Under the pieces are notes generated by a model. That model saw only the letters and a program-made list of their open reading frames with translations. It searched no databases and was not told the DNA's origin. Positions 60,020-64,000 of a stretch of 64,000 nucleotides of DNA are shown piece by piece; positions within the stretch are counted from its first letter, which is position 1, and each line of letters starts with the position of its first letter. Source of the stretch: a virus (taxonomy: Duplodnaviria; Caudoviricetes); IMG/VR virus record IMGVR_UViG_3300035501_001483; one strand, given 5' to 3'. A program made the translations under genes and the position numbers.

Positions 60020-60526
60020 ATGGACGTTATTACACAATTCCACGAAATGGCCATGGAAGGCATCGTTGATGCTGTAAAAGCCAAGTATCGGGCAAGTTCC
60101 GGCAGTGAGCGTTATCCGAGATATGCCAGCGTGAAGGCCATGGTTGCCAATGGCGCCAAAGAAGGCATGGTAAATGGCGTTCCAGTGGAGCTGGATGACG
60201 AGTTCCTGATGGGCGCCAGTCATACAGCGGCCATTGCTGAGTGCCAGAACTTCGTAAACATGAGCAAGACCGTGGAGAAGGAGTTCATCCAGCATCTGGA
60301 AGGCATCGAGTTTGACCCCGAAACGGACTTCCATAAAGGCATGGAATTGCAATATGTTCGCTGCATTTACTGGGATAAGTCTGGTCATGCTGAAGCTGTT
60401 TGGTGCTTCTGGCATCCATCTTTCCACGAGCATCTGGCTTATCTGGAGGATTATATTGATCCCAGAACTGGCAAACCGCGTAGCGGTGACCTTGATGAAC
60501 GTACGCAATTCAGCTATGATGGCTGA
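60020..60526 (+). CDS. Distant paralog of the same family
   Basis: MDVITQFHEMAMEGIV; DPRTG near the C-terminus. Confidence 0.65.
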   Translation: MDVITQFHEMAMEGIVDAVKAKYRASSGSERYPRYASVKAMVANGAKEGMVNGVPVELDDEFLMGASHTAAIAECQNFVNMSKTVEKEFIQHLEGIEFDPETDFHKGMELQYVRCIYWDKSGHAEAVWCFWHPSFHEHLAYLEDYIDPRTGKPRSGDLDERTQFSYDG

Positions 60527-60570
60527 TAAAGAAGACTACCAGAAATGGTAGTCTTCTTTTTTGACGGCAA

Positions 60571-61941
60571 TTAAGGCAGAATGAGCTGCTGCGGGGTCTT
60601 GCACAAATCTTCTTCTGGAATAATAATCGACTTGCGTTTGCCTAGCAGGCCGCAGCAAAAATCATCTCCTTCGAGATGATCAAGATCAAGCGTTGTAATG
60701 ACATCATTGGCAGGGTCTTCGCCATACTGTGTCTGAACGAGATCCATCATATCATCCCATTGGTCTTCACCAAATGGCGGAAGGACGTCTTCGTAGGGTA
60801 GGTCATGTGAACGCGCATACATTTCAGCATCGCGCTCTTTGCGTGCTTTTCGATATGCTTTTCTGGCCTCAAGCATTGCTCGTTCACTTTCATATCCATA
60901 GTGATCGAGCTTCTTGATACGTTCTACGAGTTCATCCTTGGTATATTTTACGTATTTTGACATGTAGGTGTAACTGTCGGAGTGATCCAGATATCCATAG
61001 TAGCTCAGCATTGACATGAGTGCATGTTTACTGGCTGGTCTATTGACCTTCTTAATGGCCGTACGGATCTTGCTAAGAATAGCTTTGCGGATCGTGGTTC
61101 TATCATAAAACATGCGGAAGCCGCAGAAATCGATTCCACGAGGCGCGATGCGGAATACTTGCCAATTGCCTTTCAATTCAAGGTGGCGCTTTTCTTCGAG
61201 ATAGTTCTCGAGACGAGCACGAGTTAAGTGCAAGCGTTTCTTATTACTGTCACATATGACGAGGTCATCAACGTATCGGACATACATTCTCGCCTTTAGC
61301 TGCTCTTTGATGTAATGATCCATCGGCTCGAGGTAAAAATTGGCCAGCCATTGGGATGTATAATATCCGATAGGCAGTCCGTCCATCACGCTCATGATGA
61401 TATCATTCAGAAGAGCTAACATCTTTTGATCTTTAATTTTATGGCGCAAATCCTTCATCAGAAGGTCATGATCGACACTTTGAAAGAAGTGATGTATGTC
61501 CATCTTGAGGCAATATTTGTAATTGGTTTGAGCATGGTCGCTGCGGAGGTGTTTCTCCACATAATGCACGGCGTCAATTTGTCCACGACCAGGAATGCTT
61601 CCACAAGACCATCGATACATGCCACGATAAAAGATCTTATCGATAGCTAGAATGATAGCCCAGTGTACGATCTGGTCTGGATAAGGTTTGGGAGCCTGAA
61701 TGAGACGTAGTTTATGACTCACGCCTTCTTCAATGGTGAATGAACGCGGTGGAGCGGGTACAAATGCTCCATCACGCAGCATTTCAAGTACTGACTGTAC
61801 AACCTCGGTTTCGTGATCGATCACGTATTGAGTCTCAGGAGTAGGAGCCGATTTCTTTCTCCTCAAAACACTATAGAGCGCACGTAATAACAGAACTTCA
61901 TCTTCCATTAAATTGTAAAGGTAGCCTTGTCGCTTGGGCAT
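60571..61941 (-). CDS. DGR reverse transcriptase with C-terminal extension
   Basis: KMDIHHFFQSV, GLPIGYYTSQWLAN, YVRYVDD, GIDFCG; next to TR. Confidence 0.95.
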   Translation of the reverse strand: MPKRQGYLYNLMEDEVLLLRALYSVLRRKKSAPTPETQYVIDHETEVVQSVLEMLRDGAFVPAPPRSFTIEEGVSHKLRLIQAPKPYPDQIVHWAIILAIDKIFYRGMYRWSCGSIPGRGQIDAVHYVEKHLRSDHAQTNYKYCLKMDIHHFFQSVDHDLLMKDLRHKIKDQKMLALLNDIIMSVMDGLPIGYYTSQWLANFYLEPMDHYIKEQLKARMYVRYVDDLVICDSNKKRLHLTRARLENYLEEKRHLELKGNWQVFRIAPRGIDFCGFRMFYDRTTIRKAILSKIRTAIKKVNRPASKHALMSMLSYYGYLDHSDSYTYMSKYVKYTKDELVERIKKLDHYGYESERAMLEARKAYRKARKERDAEMYARSHDLPYEDVLPPFGEDQWDDMMDLVQTQYGEDPANDVITTLDLDHLEGDDFCCGLLGKRKSIIIPEEDLCKTPQQLILP

Positions 61942-62184
61942 GCTAATGCCTCCTTCATGGTTAATTTCGGTGTGATTATCTAATGTCGACTCGCAGTTGC
62001 CTCTTGCGCAGTCACAAGGGTAATTCTTAGAGAAACCTCTAAAGGTGTGCTAGCTTTTTCGAGAATGAACCTACTAGAGCGAGTCCTCACCACCTAATTT
62101 TTGGAACAGTGCCAAGGCAGTCAAAGCTGGTCACTAGCCCGAGCTATAGTGGGGATAGTAGCCGGAAAATGTTTTTCTTTAGAT

Positions 62185-62343
62185 GTGTCAGCAAGCCGAC
62201 AACCGAGCGCCGATGTTGGAGTTCGTGTTCGACGCCGAATTGTTCACGTTGCAATAGAGCGGGCCGGCATTCAGGTCATTGTTCCAATTGCCGCCCACAT
62301 TGCACACGTAACCGGACGAGGTGTTCAGGTACCAGTTGTCGGG
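62185..62343 (-). repeat. DGR template repeat (TR)
   Basis: 159 bp, AAC/AAT-rich; differs from VR only at adenines. Confidence 0.97.
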
Positions 62344-62540
62344 CGCCCGCTTTGTTCCGCCTGGGACTTTCCACCTCTTATAAATGTGAAATGGAAATGT
62401 CTTACCACATATGTTTATTGCACTAAAATGTACTATAAATTTACACGACTTACATTTAGCTAAGCGAATGTAATCAATCTTAGTAGTTTGGCGCGTTTTT
62501 ATGCCAAATGAACTGATGGAAGCAATTGCTCATCCTTTAT

Positions 62541-63728
62541 ATGGCAGAAGCATATGTAATTCAACCTACATTAGGCGAACCCAATATCAAGAATAAGCTC
62601 ATGGAAAACGTGTACGGCATTTGTATTGACATGACCAATACTGACCCTACATCTGCAGTGACCTACACTGAAGATGCGGTTGGTATGGAGCCATTGGCCA
62701 ATAACTCTAGCACTGGCGTGTGCTCGTATGGCGACTGGGAAGACGTGATCACCGAGGTTTTCGGTTGTGCTCCGTGCCTCTACTTAAGTGGAGCACGGTC
62801 CAAGTATCTGAAGCCCACAAACTATGCGTATGACGTCGATGGAAATTCGGTCGATATCACATCAGGTAGTGCTGGTGATGTCATGGTCGAGTTCTCCAAG
62901 TGCTGGTACCGTTGGCGGGTGAGTGGCAACTACCTGTATTTTGAGGTGACGGGCAAGGATATGTCCGGTACTTCTGGGTGGTGCTGCGAAGCCTTCAAGA
63001 CAAGTGGCGGCACGGTCAAAGACTACATGTACTATGGCGCGTATGAAGGATACGTTCTCTCTAACAAGCTCCGTTCTCTTTCCGGTAAAACTCCTACAGT
63101 AAGTACGACCATTGGTAACTTCAGAACCTATGCAACTGCAATGGGCAGTAATTACCAGCAGGAAGAAATTGCTAAGCGGATGTATATCATCGGCTTGCTG
63201 TTCCTGGTTACCAAAAGCCGGGACGGCCAAGCAACGTGCGGCAATGGCTGGGTTGGTCAAAGTGCTGCGGCAACGACCGGTACCCAAAATACTGCTGGCC
63301 TCTTCTTCGGGTCGAGCTCCAAGACCACGGTGGTCAAAGTTTTCGGCATCGAGAACTTCTGGGGTTCACTGTGGAAGTGGTGCGATGGCTTCGTAAGCGC
63401 CGGCAGCACCAGTATGTACTATAAGAGCTACGGTCCTTATAATGATACTGGTAGTGGCTATACTACAGCAACCGGTATCTATAATGGCAGCGGATATCCG
63501 AAGACCATGACGGTGCTGGGCAACGGTATCATCGCGGCAACTGCCGGTGGCGGTTCCACGACTACATGTTTCCCCGACAGCTGGTACCTGAACACCTCGT
63601 CCGGTTGCGTGTGCTATGTGGGCGGCTATTGGAACTATGACCTGGGTGCCGGCCCGCTCTCTTGCCGCGTGAACTGTTCGGCGTCGTACGCGGACTCCGG
63701 CATCGGCGCTCGGTTGTCGGCTTGCTGA
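62541..63728 (+). CDS. DGR target protein, CLec-fold receptor-binding protein
   Basis: GIENFWGSLWKWCDG and a C-terminal GGYW...GARL VR; ATG start chosen over the upstream TTG. Confidence 0.92.
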   Translation: MAEAYVIQPTLGEPNIKNKLMENVYGICIDMTNTDPTSAVTYTEDAVGMEPLANNSSTGVCSYGDWEDVITEVFGCAPCLYLSGARSKYLKPTNYAYDVDGNSVDITSGSAGDVMVEFSKCWYRWRVSGNYLYFEVTGKDMSGTSGWCCEAFKTSGGTVKDYMYYGAYEGYVLSNKLRSLSGKTPTVSTTIGNFRTYATAMGSNYQQEEIAKRMYIIGLLFLVTKSRDGQATCGNGWVGQSAAATTGTQNTAGLFFGSSSKTTVVKVFGIENFWGSLWKWCDGFVSAGSTSMYYKSYGPYNDTGSGYTTATGIYNGSGYPKTMTVLGNGIIAATAGGGSTTTCFPDSWYLNTSSGCVCYVGGYWNYDLGAGPLSCRVNCSASYADSGIGARLSAC

Positions 63729-63731
63729 CAC
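63573..63731 (+). repeat. DGR variable repeat (VR) including IMH
   Basis: 17 mismatches to TR, all at TR adenines; last 31 nt identical. Confidence 0.97.
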
Positions 63732-63758
63732 CTCATACCCTTAGGAGGGCCGAGGGGT

Positions 63759-63820
63759 CCAGGGGGCGAGAGGAGGGCCGCAGCCCTCCTCAGCCCCCCT
63801 GGTCGATCGCCCGAAGGGCG
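63759..63820 (+). other. GC-rich hairpins downstream of VR (DGR target-recognition cruciform)
   Basis: ccagggggc...aggagggc-cgca-gccctcct...gcccccctgg and cgccc-gaa-gggcg. Confidence 0.75.
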
Positions 63821-63887
63821 AGCGAAACGAAACACCGTCGTGAACTAGCACGGGCAGAGATTGAAGCAAATTGGGGAGAAACATCGT

Positions 63888-63934
63888 AGAAATACAAGAG
63901 CGAATTACAAGTTCGCTCTTGTATTTCTTTTTTA
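63888..63934 (+). terminator. Intrinsic terminator after the DGR target
   Basis: agaaatacaagagcgaa-ttacaag-ttcgctcttgtatttct plus T tract. Confidence 0.85.
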
Positions 63935-64000
63935 TCGTGAACTTTAAACATGATGCCGCGCGAAGCGCGGTTTGGGTCGGCGAGTGCGAAGCACGAAGCA

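Noticed and set aside
62101-62463. ORFs over the TR as a possible avd
   Set aside because: They are antisense readings of TR, mirror the VR antisense frame and have no Avd features.
1-64000. Alternative genetic code (stop-codon reassignment)
   Set aside because: Conserved genes are full-length in code 11 and end with TAA, TAG or TGA; the main breaks are explained by introns or gene splits.

Overview
64-kb segment of a lytic jumbo phage of the AR9/PBS1 (phiKZ-related) type, probably infecting a gut Firmicute (inferred from strong AAGGAGG Shine-Dalgarno use, an XkdX-like gene and DGR style). It encodes the major capsid protein (5'-truncated), a terminase split by a group I intron, tail sheath and tube, split multisubunit RNA polymerase subunits (beta N-part; beta' C-part interrupted by an HNH-carrying group I intron; an AR9 gp226-like sigma-like subunit), a fragmented family B DNA polymerase, NAD-dependent ligase, Dda/RecD-like helicase, dCMP deaminase, DHFR, NrdG, MYG1, a Nudix hydrolase and a DGR core (RT, TR, CLec target with VR; 17 TR/VR mismatches, all at adenines; no adjacent avd). 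The most unusual feature is four dispersed AT-rich cassettes (about 25.1-25.8, 32.1-32.7, 54.1-54.6 and 56.5-57.1 kb). Each sits just after an intrinsic terminator and consists of a conserved, covarying structured leader followed by an SD-less, unrelated, S/T/Y/I-rich adhesin-like ORF whose N-terminus loosely resembles that of the DGR target. Other notable signals are a group I intron apparently ending in omega-A, a probable capsid stop-codon readthrough, a domain shared by capsid and sheath, AR9-like late promoters plus a distinct early promoter motif, and a tRNA-like RNA with an AAT anticodon and a broken acceptor stem. All family assignments come from motif recognition by eye; no database searches were run.
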